From: Gracilinanus agilis
Taxonomy: Eukaryota
Length of the DNA: 64,000 nt
Direction: 5' to 3'
Assembly: GCF_016433145.1 (NCBI RefSeq)
Contig: NC_058130.1
Coordinates: forward strand, 709,154,046-709,218,045
The notes under the pieces were generated by a model, which did not search any database, had not been told where the DNA came from, and saw only the letters and a program-made list of their open reading frames with translations. Each line of letters starts with the position of its first letter. Positions within the stretch are counted from its first letter, which is position 1. The position numbers and the translations under genes were made by a program. Below, piece by piece: positions 53,810-64,000 of this stretch.

Positions 53810-53958
53810 CTGAGTCTGATCATTCTCTTCTCCTAATTCTCCATCTTCTTGGTCCTCAGTGTCCACATCCAGGCTCACATGGCCCTGCACTTCCCCAAGG
53901 CTGGAGATGGTGGGAGCTCCTGGTGTCTCAGCCAGCAGATCAGTAGCTTCCTCAAACT
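53810..53958 (-). CDS. YIPF2: YIPF2 coding exon 2
   Basis: ctacag|AG TTT GAG...ACT CAG|gtgagt; EFEEATDLLAETPGAPTISSLGEVQGHVSLDVDTEDQEDGELGEENDQTQ; 149 nt. Confidence 0.93.
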
Positions 53959-54235
53959 CTGTAGATGGGACCAGAGCCATGCAGCCCCACCCCAACTCGG
54001 AGCTGGCCATTGGCAGACCAGGTACCTAAGTTCTAAATTTCCACTCCCTCTCCCAGTCATACATAAATCTGTCCTTTCCTTCAAGTTGTCAACCCAGCCT
54101 TCCTTTGCCCTGCATTCTGCCCCATCTCAACAACCAGTTCATATATGGAGTTGGGGATGGGGGAGGTGGGGAAGCTGATGGGCAGTGCTGGGAAGGGTGG
54201 GGGGGGTGTCCGTGCAGGACATGAGCATCAGTTAG

Positions 54236-54440
54236 ATGACATTGGATAAAGCACTGAGACTGGAATCAGGAAGACCTGAGTTCAAATCCAGACACTAGCT
54301 TTGTCACCCTAGGCAAGTCACTTAAACCTCTGCCTCAGTTTTCTCATCTGTAAAATAGAGGTAATAATAGTACCTACCTCCCAGGGTGGGTTGTGAGGAG
54401 CAAATGAAATAATTTTAAAGCACTACAGAAGTTAAGAAAG
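54236..54440 (+). mobile_element. MIR-like CORE-SINE in a YIPF2 intron
   Basis: ggaatcaggaagacctgagttcaaatcc...ggcaagtcacttaa...cagttttctcatctgtaaaat. Confidence 0.8.
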
Positions 54441-54593
54441 ATCTTTTTCTTGAGGGGGGAGGTGGCAAGGAAGGGGCATTGGGGTCTGAAATGTGGGGTG
54501 GTTCTGGGGAGATGCGGGTCCCCAGTGCATGTGGAGGGGAGGCTTTTGGGGCCCTGCACGCTCCTGGGGAATGGCTGAGGGCTGCTCACTCAC

Positions 54594-54624
54594 CGTGGAA
54601 AGTGAGCTCTTGGGGCGCAGCCAT
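54594..54624 (-). CDS. YIPF2: YIPF2 first coding exon
   Basis: ctggccATG GCT GCG CCC CAA GAG CTC ACT TTC CAC G|gtgagt; MAAPQELTFH matches YIPF2 MASADELTFH; the exon begins at 54660 after acceptor tgtctccgcag. Confidence 0.92.
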
Positions 54625-55096
54625 GGCCAGCGCTCTTACCGCATCTCTGGCCCTGTGCTCCTGCGGAGACAGGTCAGAGTCAGGCTAAGGAGGCCATCCT
54701 TCCCCCTGGGCTCCAGCGACCCCAACCGGGTTCACTCACCCCACCCCTCCAGCTGTTTGCCAGCTACGTGGAATGCCTCCTCTGCGCCTGCGCCACCTGG
54801 ATCCGGGTCAGGTCCATTTAGTCTGAGGGAAGGAAGAACAGATTATCTGCTGCCCTTCCCGTCCTCCTCCGCCTGGTGGCGCTATTTTTGTCGCCCAGAT
54901 GGTATAGCCCAGTCCTGGGACACAATCGGGACGCTTTTCCCGGGCACAAACTTATCGAGTTGAGTTCTGCATCTATTCCCTTCCGATGAGGAAGCGTTTC
55001 CGGCAGCGCTTTCCGCTCAAACGAAGCGACACTGCAGTGTTGGGACAAGGGGAATGTTTCCTTCCGGGCCGGCGGGAATCACGAAGCAGGAAGACG

Positions 55097-55217
55097 ATGG
55101 TGGCTTCCGTGCTGTGGAGGAGAGTCTACTCTAGCGGCGGAGCTGCCGCTGTTGCGGGAGGAGAAGGAGCAAGCCCCACCGGGGCCGTGGCCAAGAGGGG
55201 CGTGTGGGAACGACTAG
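55097..55217 (+). CDS. TIMM29: TIMM29 (C19orf52) exon 1, TIM22 complex subunit
   Basis: Strong Kozak acgATGg; MVASVLWRRVYSSGGAAAVAGGEGASPTGAVAKRGVWERLG|gtgagt; AVAKRGVWERLG matches TIM29 AVVAKPGVWARLG. Confidence 0.92.
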
Positions 55218-55300
55218 GTGAGTAGCGGCTGGGCTGGGGAAGCCGGAGCCGGGGTGGGAGGCCTGGCATCCCCAGCACTCACAGCGCCTCTCACCCGCAG

Positions 55301-55995
55301 GCGCCTGGGTCCGCGGGCTCCTGCATGACTACGGCGAGGCGTGCACAGACGCGGCGGCGGCGGCGCGGGAGCGGCCCATACGGGCGGTGCTGTATGCGGG
55401 CCTGCTGGGCGGTGCAGCTGCCTGCGCCCTCGGGGCTCCGGAGGAGCCGTCCTTTGAGGAAGCACTGCTGGACGCGTCCGGGACCCTGCTTCTGCTTGCC
55501 CCCGGCACCCGCAACCCTGGCTCGGAAGCGCACGTGCAGCGGCTACTGTGGCTGCGGGGCCAGGGCCGGCTTCGCCACTGCAGCCTAGGCCTGTGCTCGT
55601 TGCTCTACGAGGCTCCCTACGACCCCGAGGCCAGTCTCTACCAGGCGCGCTGCCGCCACCTGCAGCCGCGCTGGGCCGATTTCCCAGGCCGCGTGCTTGA
55701 CGTGGGCTTCCTGGGCAGCTGGTGGGTGTTGCGTTCCAAGATGCGCGATTTCGATATCAACGACGAAGAATTTCGCCACCTGCCGCCCCACCTCCGCACC
55801 ATGGCGGAGCACCAGTTGCGCTCGGAGACCAATGAGCGGCTCTTCGACCAGAAATATCTGCCTGTGGTGCTCACCGAGGACCAGGTGGACCAGGCCCTGT
55901 GGGAGGAGCACATTCTTCAGAAAGAGAAAAAAGACAAGTTGATTCTGAGCGAAGTCGCCCCTAAGGAAATCGAGGCCCAGGTGGCTGCCAGGTGA
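55301..55995 (+). CDS. TIMM29: TIMM29 exon 2
   Basis: ccgcag|GC GCC TGG...AGG TGA after an 83-nt intron; [17 protein letters not shown]...[16 protein letters not shown]...[26 protein letters not shown]; 271 aa in total. Confidence 0.97.
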
Positions 55996-56091
55996 AGCCT
56001 CCCCCAGCCGCCTCTGAGGGCAGGGGCCTCCAAATGACTGAGCTTTTCCATTGCCTTCTTGCTCGTTGGCTAAGGGAGGGAGCTTTAGTGA

Positions 56092-56097
56092 AATAAA
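56092..56097 (+). terminator. TIMM29 poly(A) signal
   Basis: AATAAA about 97 nt after the stop, followed by a long T/pyrimidine-rich tract. Confidence 0.65.
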
Positions 56098-56339
56098 CTA
56101 TTTTTTCTCTCTTCTCTCTCTTTCCCATCTTTTTTTTTTTCTTTAAAGGAAATTGTTGTGATTTGATGTACTAGGTGAGTAGAGTTGCTTTGGTTTTCCA
56201 TAAGTATAGGCCTGATTCTTCATTTTATCTTATTGTAATTAATTAATTTAGAATTTACATGATTCGTATTCTTTCCCTACCTTCCTCCCCCTGCCCATCA
56301 TTTTAGATCTATAGTACAGCTGCTACAGTAAAACAGTCA

Positions 56340-57340
56340 GACACAGAGCTTTCTCCCAACCCCAAAACCGTCATTTCTTAATTTCTCCAGTACTATTAAT
56401 ACTTACCTTCCCTGGCACTCAGACTTGCAGCCTGGGTGTCGTCCTGGATTCCTCACTACCCTTCCTCCCCTCATAGTCAAATATTTGCTAAGACCTGTTG
56501 TTTCTATCTTAACATTTCTCCTATATATCTTCTTTTCTGTGGCACTGCCACCACACTAGTTCAGGTTCTTATCACTTCAGGTCAGGATCCTTGCAGTAGT
56601 TTTTTCTGGTTGTTCTCCCTGCTTCAAGTATCTATTCCAGTTCATCCTCTACCTAGCTGTCAAATTGATCTTTAAGTGCAGATCTGACTCTGTCACACAT
56701 CATCTCTTTTACAGTAAACTCTATTGAGGAACAAACATATGACCTAATGTTTGGCTTATAAATCCTTTCATAATTTGGTCTCTTGTAACATACTTTTAAA
56801 TGGCATCTCCCCAATTCCAAACATACACTTTCTACCTTTCTAGTTGTCTTCTACCATACTTGGAATTTTCTTTCCCATCTCCATCTCTATCTCTTGGCTT
56901 TTCTGGCTTGTTTCAGGTTCAAACTAAAATTTCCATTTCTACAAGAAACTTTTCACAGTTCCCTTTAATCATAGCTTTGTCTCTTCATTGGTTTTCTCTA
57001 TTTACCTTTTCTGTGTCTTCTAATAGTCTTTTTTTTTTTAAACCCTTAACTTCTGTGTATTGGCTCCTGGGTGGAAGAGTGGTAAGGGTGGGCAATGGGG
57101 GTCAAGTGACTTGCCCAGGGTCACACAGCTGAGAAGTGTCTGAGGCCGGATTTGAACCTAGGACTTCCCTTCTCTAGGTCTGACTCAATCCACTGAGCTA
57201 CCCAGCTGCCTCCCTAATAGTCTTTTGAGTTGTCTCCCCTTTTAGACTGTGAGTTCCTTGATTTCTTGCCTTTCTTTATATCACCAGCATTTATCACAAT
57301 GCCTGGCAATAGTGGATGTTTAATAAATGCTTGATGGCTA
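56340..57340 (+). mobile_element. LINE2 3' fragments (interrupted by a SINE)
   Basis: gactgtgagttccttg...tatcaccagcatttatcacaatgcctggc...taataaatgcttg is the L2 3' end. Confidence 0.7.
57027..57213 (-). mobile_element. Opossum SINE1-like element
   Basis: 13-bp TSD ctaatagtctttt at 57020-32 and 57214-26. Confidence 0.93.
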
Positions 57341-57614
57341 ACTATCACAGGTTACATTGAGCTGATGTCAGCTTGTGGAGAAGCCTTTGTTAAACATCTG
57401 CTGTGTGCCAGGGACTGTGCCAAGGGCTAAGGATACAGAGAAAAGCAAAAGGCAGTTTTCTGTTCTCTAAGAGCTCACTATTAAATGGGGGAGATATCTT
57501 GCAATGATTGTGTACAAAGAAAGTCTATATAATGGAAATGGAAATGATGGTTAAGGATTAGGTGGGGCAGGGAACTGGGAAAGCCCTTCTGTGGAAGGGT
57601 TTGAACTAAGTCTT

Positions 57615-57759
57615 TTTTTTTTAAGTTCTAAATCCTTCTTGTTATATTTTTTTAATTAAATAATTTTTATTTTTTAGAAAAATTAACTTGGGTTACAGGA
57701 TTCATGCTCTTACTTTCCCCTTTACCCCCTCTCCCCCATAGCCTATGCAAATTTCCACT
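57615..57759 (-). mobile_element. Very short 5'-truncated L1 3' end
   Basis: Homologous to the 3' end of the L1 at 18851; 17-bp TSD ggttt(g/a)aactaagtctt at 57598-614 and 57760-76. Confidence 0.85.
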
Positions 57760-58629
57760 GGTTTAAACTAAGTCTTGAAGGAGACCAAGAGGCAGAGATG
57801 AAGAGGGGAGAGCATCTTAAGCTTGGGGGATAGCAAGGGAAAAGGCTTTGGTTCCAGACAAACTACACAGAAATCCTTTGCTCTCTGCCTCATTACTTAT
57901 ACTTACCTGTTTTGGGCAAGTTATTTAACTTCTCAAGATTTCAGCAAAATGAAGGGGTAATATATATTGCATGATCTCTGAGTATCCTTCCAGATTTCCT
58001 CTTTACAAGACCAAAAGCAAGGACTTGTCCCCTGAGTATACCGTTATCTTCTGCTTTTTGAGATACTCTCCAAAGGACAAACAATGCTAACAGTTATCCT
58101 GACCCTATGTGTGCATTCATTTTCTTCTTTTTCTCAGATTTCTTTATATACCTCCACTTTTAAGTACCATTATTATATTCTTCCTGTTGTGATTAGAAAT
58201 CCCAGCAGAGTATTCTAGAGAAAATTAAGGAAATATAGGTTAAATTGCTTTTATCTAGAGTTGCCTTATCATAAAAGTTAATTGCTTCTTACTGATATGC
58301 CCAAGGAGGCCTGTGGGATTCCCATGCTGCAATTTTGTTCTGTTTTGCATTTGGCAATTGGCCTAATATGCCAGGTTTCCCAAGCTATTTCTGACTTTAG
58401 AAAACTCCAAGAGGAGATAAGGGGACAGGACAAGGTAGGGGAGACTTTGGGGGCGCACACACACACACCCCCTTTGATTTTAAAAGTTAGAGATAGCCAC
58501 TTACCATTAAACAAGAATCACTTATTAAAAAGACAGAAACAAAATAAGTGGTTAAGGAATTTACCTGGTGAAAGATATGGAGGTGTGATATACACATATC
58601 TAAAACAAAATACTATTCAAAAAAACATA

Positions 58630-58830
58630 GTGGGCCAGCTAGATAACTCAATGGACTGAGAAGCCAGGCTTGGAGTCAGCAAGTCCTGGATTCAAATGTG
58701 GCCTCAGATACTTCCTAGCTGTGTGACCTTGCACAAGTCACTTAATCCCCATTGCCTAGCACTCTCCTGCTTTGGAACCAGTACACAGTAATAATTCTAA
58801 AATGGAAGGTATGGGTTTAAAAAAAAACAA
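58630..58830 (+). mobile_element. CORE-SINE (SINE2-like)
   Basis: ggcctcagatacttcctagctgtgtgacc...ggaaggtatgggtttaaaaa. Confidence 0.85.
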
Positions 58831-59339
58831 AGAAGAAAAAGTACTTGGATAGTCAGTCATAAGGGAATAGTCTGATGCACTTTTTCTAGTAGCTGTGCAT
58901 TATTAATAGTAGCATTTATAAAGAACTTTAAAGTTTTTTAAACACTCTATATATCTCTTTTTATTCATATTGACTTAATTATGGTTCCAGAACTGAAAAA
59001 AGAGAGGGTACACACTTGGACAATAAGGGAGTTGACAGCATGGTTAGGAAGTATAGTAAAACATCTGGGACCAATAGAGGCACCCCCCCAATGAGGATAG
59101 TGGGGCTCTAGGGTGGGAGTTGCAGACCTAAAAGAGATAAATCCTCTAAGATATGGTCCCTGAAGGTACTTTAGGAGTACAGCAATGAGTGCTTTATCCT
59201 GGTGCAATTTGCACAATGCCTGGCACGTGGTAGGTACGTAATAAATGTTAATGGATTGAGTTAACTGAGGATAAGGGACATAAGACCAGTGTTTCCTAGA
59301 GCCCTTTGGGTCTTTCATGAGTTCTCAAACTAGTACTCC

Positions 59340-60700
59340 TAAATGTGTGTTTTGTGGGCTACACAATGCACTTACCACTGACCACCATCTCCTGAACATT
59401 TTCTTCTGTCCTATGTTTTCATGGGCACTGATCATTCTTCATCCTCTTCCTTCCTGTCAGGTGACTTCATCTCCTTAACTATAACTGTAATCAAGCTTCT
59501 TCTGTTTTCTCTACAATCTTTCTCTTGGTGACTTCCTCAATTCCCATGGCTTTATCATCTTGATGCCATGGGGTTCCAGAATTAATATATCCAGCCCTTT
59601 CCTGTCCCTGAGCTCCATTAGCTCATTTCTAGCTGTTTATTAAAATTTTTCAGACTGGCTGCCCCATACACATCTCAAAACTTATGTCCCAAACTGAACT
59701 TATCTTTGCTTTTCAGACAACCCTTTTAGAACTTAATTTTTGCTATTGAGGTCACCACTGTCCTTCTGTTACCTAAATCCAAAACTTTGGAATTATCTCA
59801 ATCTTAATCCCATAGAAGTAGTCACCATATCTCATCTTTATATCCACATCCTTTTTACCTTCTTCTATCTCATATATTACCTTTAGTAATTAAGGCTCTC
59901 ATTGCCAGGAAACTAGGTGGTTCAGTAGATAAGAGTGCTGGGCTTGGAATCAGGAAGACCTGGCCTCCAATACTTGTCATGTGTCCTTGGGCAAGTCACT
60001 TAATCTCTTTTTGCTTCAGTTTCCTCAACTGTAACCTGGAGATAAGGATAGCACTTACCTCCTGGAGTTATTGGGAGGATCAAATGAGATAATATTTGTC
60101 AAGCACTTAACACAGGGTTTCTTAACTAACTAAATGCCAGCTATTGTAATATAATTATCACTTCTTCGCTGCTATTTTATATTCAATAGTCCATTTGGTC
60201 ATTCTGCCTTCAATCCACTCTCTCCAATCCAACCTAAGCACAGCTGCCAAAATGATTTTCCTAACAATGTCATTCTGTAAACTAGTGGTTCCCTATTTCC
60301 TCCAAGATCTAATATAAGCTCCTTTGTTTAGTCTTTAAAATCCCTGTATAGCCTGATCCAAACCTACTTTCTGAATGACTCTTCTTCCTGCACTGTATCA
60401 ACCCAACCACATAGGCCTTCTTACTCTTCTTGATATGGTCTCCCTCTCTTAACCTCCACAGCTTTGCACTTGCTATACCCTTTGCAGGTTAGAATTCTTT
60501 GTTCCCGTCAAAACTATTTAAGCAATACTGTATAATATCTTTCCATATTGCCCAACTGCTATTTGCCTCATTTGTTTTGCATATGCTTGTTTACACATGT
60601 GTTGTTTCTCATAGAAGGTATGATCATTTTTGCCTGTATCCTCAGGGCCTTGCATGTGCCTGGAAAACAGAAGGTACTTAATATATGTTCATTGATTGAT
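59340..60700 (+). mobile_element. LINE2 fragments with a nested MAR1/MIR (about 59915-60150)
   Basis: Pyrimidine-rich L2 motifs; L2 end cttaatatatgttcattgattga. Confidence 0.65.
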
Positions 60701-61179
60701 AAGAGAAAAGGGAAATAATGTTTAGGTTCTAAAGTACCCAGAAACATTTGGTTTGTTTCTGCTTTATGTCAAACTTCTTGGAATGTAACAGGTAGAAATT
60801 TTCCTCCCTCCTAGGAGAACCTTTCTTGAGAGTTATCTAGCTCTTCTCTTTGTGATGGAGAAGATACAACAAGGATTGTTACTTTCCCTTCATTTTCATC
60901 AGTATTTTCTTCCCTTTTCCTCTCCCACTTTTCTGTACCTTGATTATCCTTGTTCCTTTATTTACCTTTTTGTGTAAATTATTTTTTCTTTAAATAGATA
61001 ACATTGAGGTTAGGGACTGTGGCTTATACCTCTCTCCCACTTCATATTTCTCTTTTCTTATTCCTCTCTTCTTTCCCCTCTCTCATCTCCCCTCCCTTCA
61101 TCTTCTGGGAGAGGCCTCTCCTACTTGCCCCTGTTCTTAGTGCCTTACCCTCTAAGGTTACCATGCATCTCTTTTGCAT

Positions 61180-61374
61180 ATTTTTTAAAATCCATACCTT
61201 CTGTCTTAGAATCAGTACTAAGTTCCAAGGCAGAAGAACAGTAAGGGCTAGGAAATTGGGGTTGTGACTTGTACAAAATCACCCAGCTAGGAGGTGTTTG
61301 AGGCCAGATTTGTACCCAAGATCTCCCATCTCTGGGCCTGGCTCTCTCTATCCCTGTGCCATCTGGCTGCCCCT
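61180..61374 (-). mobile_element. CORE-SINE (SINE2-like)
   Basis: taccttctgtcttagaatc...aaggcagaagaacagtaagggctagg...ggctgcccct; a MIR-like fragment follows at about 61420-61620. Confidence 0.85.
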
Positions 61375-62899
61375 AGATATGTCTTTTATAAAGTTATAAA
61401 TGTACCTGTTAATAATAACTGGTATTTCTAGAGTGTCTTATGGATTACAGAGCATTTTACAAATATCTCATTTGATCGACACAACAACCCTGGAAAGTAG
61501 GTGCTGTGTTTATCCCCATTTTACAAATGAAGAAACAGATCACAAAACCAGTAAGTATCTACGCTTAGATTTGAACTCAGATCTTCCTAACTCCATGTCC
61601 AGCCCTCTCCTCCTTGCCACTTAGTTACCGATTAGCATATATACTCCTTGAACACAGTTAAAATAGTTTTGATTTTGGCTTTAGGAATTCTGTAAACATC
61701 CAATTAGCTGATACATGTTAAAACTTTGTCTATAAGCTAGTTGGATTCAGCCAGTGTTTCCCCTTGGGTCACATGGAACAGGAACTCCTGTTGATGAAGA
61801 TGAAACCCATTAATGAAGATGGAGCCAAAGTCAGCCCAACTTTTTAGTATATCATCTGCACACTTGACTTGCATGGGGTCCACAGTTTTTTTGTTCAGAT
61901 TGCCTAAGAAGCAGCTACAAAACTTTAAATTTAAATTTAAAGATTAAATTGTAGGGGAAGCAAATGTCAAAAGCCTCATATGTATCTGAAGGCCTAAAAA
62001 GAATATTAATGTAGCCAAGGTAAGCATTGATTTGGCATCTGAGACCCTGTATGAAATCATTTGAGTGCAATGTTATAGAGCATTCAAGACCCTGCTTAAA
62101 GGTTACTTCAAGCCTAGTTTCGGAGCCTATAAAGGTTTTCAGTTACTGGTATGTAAATCAAGCTGAGGAGTTTCTGGCTCCCTTTTGTTTTATTTGGTCC
62201 TAGCTTAACTGATTAATTTATATTCTCATGACTTAGAATTTAGAGAGTTTCTTTGCTCTTGGGCCAACACAGAGCTTTACTTGGTCTCCCAAGCAGTGTG
62301 ACTCACAATTAGAGGGAGGCTCAACCTTAGCATAGTCACCGCAGCAGTATTTAAACATGCTCAGACAGCCCAAAATAGCTCTGATATTTGACCACTAGAA
62401 AGTCCAACTGGTGTCATTTAGCCTTTCCAAAAGACAGCTGACAGCCAGTACTTGGTGGGAGCATTGTGACAAAAGGCCAGTCAGACTCGGCTATATCACA
62501 GGAGATATAGGATAGTCTCTTTAGGTACTTAATACTTGTTTACTAGGGACAGAGAGGTAGGCTGAAGAACTCTTCTCTGATTATAGCTTAGCCAAGACAG
62601 AGGAAGATAAGTTTAACAAGAAATTTAAAATCCTAAAGCCTTTTTCATAAGATTATAGGTTAATCTCTAGGTGTATAACTTTTTTAAGTCCTGAAACTTA
62701 AAATTAGTCTTTAGTTATCACTCTAGAACAAGTGTTGGTGAGGTTTCCCAGAACCTGGGATTTTTCTTAAAAAATAAAAATTGTAAACTAGAAAAATCAA
62801 CAGCAGATAGAAATATTTCCATACCCAAAGAAAGTCATAAAATGGGTAATGTACATTGAGTTGTGAATCCACTAGAGTTCTTTTCAATATAGATTGAAT

Positions 62900-63450
62900 T
62901 TAATATGATAGGACCAACATTTCCCAGCTTGTCTGGCTTTTCCTCCCCTATTTCTATGGATACCACCCTCATTCTTCCAGTTTCTCATTCTCACCTTCTG
63001 TCATGTCACAAATCTCATTTGTTGATTAATTCTTTCATTTCTACAGCTCAGCATCCCTCCCCTCCAACCTTTCTTTTCTACTCCCACTGCTACCACCTTG
63101 GTTCAGACCCTTATTGCCTTTCCCTTAGATTATGACAGTAGCTTCCTCATTGGTCTTCCTCACAGCACTGCCACTCCATTCTGCCCTTTCAGCTGCCAGA
63201 GTGCTCTTTAAGCACAGATCTGACCATGTCACTCCTGCTCAGTAAGCTCCAAGGTCTCCCTACTGCTCACAGAGCATAAACTGTAAACTCTTTAGCGTTG
63301 GAGGGCCTCCTTCAGTCACTTGAAGCTCTATTGCTGATTGATCTCCCTTCCTTTGTACATATTTTCCTGGACTGCCCTTCCTTAGCTTGGAGAATTCCTC
63401 CCTTTCCATCAAGATGCCACCCATACATGCTCTCTTTGGGAAGCTTTTCC
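62900..63450 (+). mobile_element. LINE2 fragment
   Basis: ccactgctaccaccttggttcagaccctta...agatctgaccatgtcactcctgctcagtaagctcc. Confidence 0.7.
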
Positions 63451-64000
63451 TCTCAGACTAATTGTAGGCTGCTGGGGGCACCATGGAGCCTGGAGCAGGA
63501 TGTGGAATCAGAGAGACTCCAGTTCAAACTTTGCCTCTATTACTTAACTAGCCAAAGTCTCCTCTTCAAGTCATCTATTGGGAAATTTTTTCTGGAAGTA
63601 ACCTTCCATTGGTCTTTTCAGTTTGTACCCATTGTTCTTGGTTCTTCCTAGTACCTCCTATACTAAGACATTGGGTCTGCTTTACTGCAGGAGAGTGATA
63701 ATAATTGCATTAACAGCCTATCTGCTGAAGAGTGAGAGGTAAGGAACATTTTTCAGAAGAGGAAACAGTCCCAGAGGAATGAAAAGACTTGACTATACCG
63801 TTAGGAGCAGAATTAGGATTTGAACTTGGGCCCTCTTGCTTTGTATTCACATCCATGTCACAAAGTAGATATTTAATAAATGCTTCTTGATTAATCTAGA
63901 TATTTTCCCAGATAATCAGAGTTTTTTAATTCTTTTTAATTTAATTTAAAGCCCTTTTTAATTCATTCTCTTTCTTCTTCAATACATTCTCTGTGATACT

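Larger units (their letters stand above)
54560..56000. promoter_or_regulatory. CpG island / bidirectional YIPF2-TIMM29 promoter
   Basis: Dense CpG in a CpG-poor background; divergent ATGs only 473 bp apart; NRF1-type TGCGCCTGCGC at 54783-93; ETS-like TTCCGG cores at 54998-55003 and 55062-67; YIPF2 non-coding exon 1 donor G|GTGAGT at 54740/54739 (-). Confidence 0.85.

Noticed and set aside
54764-54817. 17-aa uORF (MDLTRIQVAQAQRRHST*) in YIPF2 exon 1
   Set aside because: It exists only if the YIPF2 TSS is above 54817, which the sequence cannot show, and it overlaps promoter motifs
54493-54963. 156-aa ORF across the promoter, plus several ORFs antisense to TIMM29 and around CARM1 exons 13-16
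   Set aside because: Stop-poor GC-rich sequence and shadows of real coding frames; no independent coding evidence

Overview
Eukaryotic (marsupial) genomic DNA. The CORE-SINEs resemble opossum SINE1/SINE2 families, so the source is probably a didelphid such as Monodelphis. The window holds the CARM1-YIPF2-TIMM29 block, syntenic with human 19p13.2. CARM1/PRMT4 (+) coding exons 2-16 run from 25045 to 50114, giving 1601 nt with consistent phases and all GT-AG introns. Exon 1 is not in the window, so bases 1-25044 are intron 1. YIPF2 (-) is compact, converges on CARM1 and has its ATG at 54624. TIMM29 (+, two exons, 271 aa) sits head-to-head with YIPF2 across a CpG-island bidirectional promoter. 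The rest is intronic or intergenic DNA rich in SINEs and in L1, L2, CR1/L3, RTE and hAT fossils. I found no new protein-coding system. The best leads are regulatory or structural: (1) a probable ~0.7-1 kb sense-antisense overlap of the CARM1 and YIPF2 3' UTRs with a dual-use element; (2) inverted young SINEs that could drive competing CARM1 back-splicing; (3) a perfect 18-bp hairpin in intron 1; (4) a 162-bp TIR element nested in a hAT MITE; (5) candidate poison exons; (6) alternative YIPF2 C-termini; (7) an in-frame upstream ATG for TIMM29. Repeat family names and boundaries come from recognition by eye, not from a database search.
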